Below are positions 62,729-64,000 of a DNA stretch of 64,000 nucleotides, one piece after another (position 1 is the first letter of the stretch; every line of letters starts with the position of its first letter). Source of the stretch: a bacterium (lineage in GTDB: Bacteria > Patescibacteriota > Minisyncoccia > Phycocordibacterales > UBA9973); NCBI GenBank assembly GCA_037130335.1, contig JBAXTD010000001.1, positions 103,419 through 167,418 of the forward strand, in the 5' to 3' direction. Below the pieces are notes generated by a model that saw only the letters and a program-made list of their open reading frames with translations, had not been told where the DNA came from and searched no databases. The position numbers were made by a program, and so were the translations under genes.

Positions 62729-63226
62729 ATGGAAAAAAATAATTCAAAAATGTGGATGTGGGTCGGTGTTGTAATCGTTGTTGTTGCTATTATTTTATTT
62801 TTTGTTGTAAAAAATAAAAAAGGAGATGACACTCTTTCGCAAGAAGTGGCCAACACTGTCGCTACAAGTACAACGGCTACAAGTACACAACAAGAATCTA
62901 CCCAAGACAAAACTGGTGTTACTTCTGGAGCTGGTTCTGTTTCAATATCATATGCTGATGCGCTTGTTAAATATTCAGATCGTAGAATTCAACTTGATTT
63001 AGTATGTCAGGCTCATCCAAATGTTGTAACATACAAAGATAATACTGGTATCATGATTGATAATCGTTCTCCTTTTTCTCGAACAGTAAAAGTTGGTACA
63101 ACATTTACAATCAAACCATACGGTTTCAAAATCGTAACTCTTCCTGATGTATATCTTGCAAGCAAGACACTTCTCGTTAGTTGTGATAAATCTCAAAACG
63201 TTGCAACAATTTTGGTTCAGGAATAA
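62729..63226 (+). CDS. Membrane-anchored hypothetical protein
   Basis: N-terminal TM, T/S linker and a beta-rich domain with two Cys. Confidence 0.65.
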   Translation: MEKNNSKMWMWVGVVIVVVAIILFFVVKNKKGDDTLSQEVANTVATSTTATSTQQESTQDKTGVTSGAGSVSISYADALVKYSDRRIQLDLVCQAHPNVVTYKDNTGIMIDNRSPFSRTVKVGTTFTIKPYGFKIVTLPDVYLASKTLLVSCDKSQNVATILVQE

Positions 63227-63237
63227 TCATTATAAAA

Positions 63238-63287
63238 AATTTACGCACAAAAAAATCCCCTCGAGGGGATTTTTTTGTGCGTAAATT
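63238..63287. terminator. Bidirectional terminator palindrome
   Basis: AATTTACGCACAAAAAAATCCCC-TCGA-GGGGATTTTTTTGTGCGTAAATT. Confidence 0.7.
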
Positions 63288-63999
63288 ACGAAGGTTGTTT
63301 TAGAATTATTATTTTATACATATCTACAAGCGAGATGAGAAGTGAAAGTATAATTGGTCCAAAAATAAATCCAAGTGGTCCAAAAAACATTACTCCTCCT
63401 AGTATTGAAAAGAGTATAAATACAGGGGATGTATCGAGTCCTTTACCAAAGAAGTATGAGGACAATACATTGTCGATAAAGAGCATAATAAGGACACCAA
63501 ATAATCCGAGAGCAATCGCGAGTAAAATATTGCCAGTAAGTACAAGATATATAACTGTTGGAAAAATTACAAATGGAGTTCCAAGTCCTGGGATAATACC
63601 GATAAGACCTGCGATACTTCCCCATATCATTGCGTCATGGACTCCAAAGATATAAAACCCGATTGTAAATAATACCCATCGTATAATTCCAACAAGCAAT
63701 GTACCTTCGATGACAGATGTAATTGTGCGGTGCATTGATTCTAGTATTTCGATATTTTGATCTTTTTGGAATGGGTTGAGAGCTATAAGTGAATAAAATA
63801 TCTCATCGCCATCTCGGACAAAGAAAAATAAAGTGAAAAGCATAAAGAATATTTCAAAGAATATATATGCAGTTTGTGAAATAAGTGCTGTGAAATTATT
63901 GGAAACAAATCCAAGTATAATTGATGCGTAATTTGAAACGTTTAATGAGAAATAAGGAAACACATGACGAACGAGGGTTTCAATGGTATCTTTGATTGT
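63286..63999 (-). CDS. AI-2E/PerM family transporter (5'-truncated)
   Basis: LFFFVRDG, IPGLG, DNVL and ILGG..FFGPLGFIFGPIIL. Confidence 0.88.
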   Translation of the reverse strand, partial: TIKDTIETLVRHVFPYFSLNVSNYASIILGFVSNNFTALISQTAYIFFEIFFMLFTLFFFVRDGDEIFYSLIALNPFQKDQNIEILESMHRTITSVIEGTLLVGIIRWVLFTIGFYIFGVHDAMIWGSIAGLIGIIPGLGTPFVIFPTVIYLVLTGNILLAIALGLFGVLIMLFIDNVLSSYFFGKGLDTSPVFILFSILGGVMFFGPLGFIFGPIILSLLISLVDMYKIIILKQPS

Positions 64000-64000
64000 T

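Overview
This AT-rich bacterial chromosomal window most likely comes from a Patescibacteria/CPR (Parcubacteria-like) genome. That is an inference from the divergent 16S with an insertion, the unlinked rRNA gene and CPR-type hypothetical proteins. It holds transport and housekeeping genes (ABC/MFS exporters, trhO, a TrmH-family methyltransferase, ABC-F, M1 aminopeptidase, rnj, secG, secA, rsmE) and a DoxX/FMN-binding/ApbE flavinylation cluster. It also holds a stand-alone 16S rRNA gene with a ~120-nt intervening hairpin and no anti-Shine-Dalgarno core, and an RNase P RNA with three perfect inserted hairpins. The clearest structural result is a 13.9-kb island (42311-56201) integrated by a large serine recombinase into the last codons of secA. 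attL and attR can be read directly, attB rebuilds the canonical KKYKNCHGK* end, and attP re-supplies the Cys-His of the SEC-C motif. The island carries a tyrosine recombinase, an AbiE-type toxin-antitoxin pair, an AbiJ-N-like protein, three protease-like genes and an IS481-family element with intact ends. The least explained signals are a tandem pair of promoter/terminator-bounded small RNAs with permuted mutual complementarity (39031-39295), a two-state RNA leader before the integrase, two unannotated very basic microproteins, and a protein with a T9SS-like C-terminal tail. All calls were made by eye; no searches were run.
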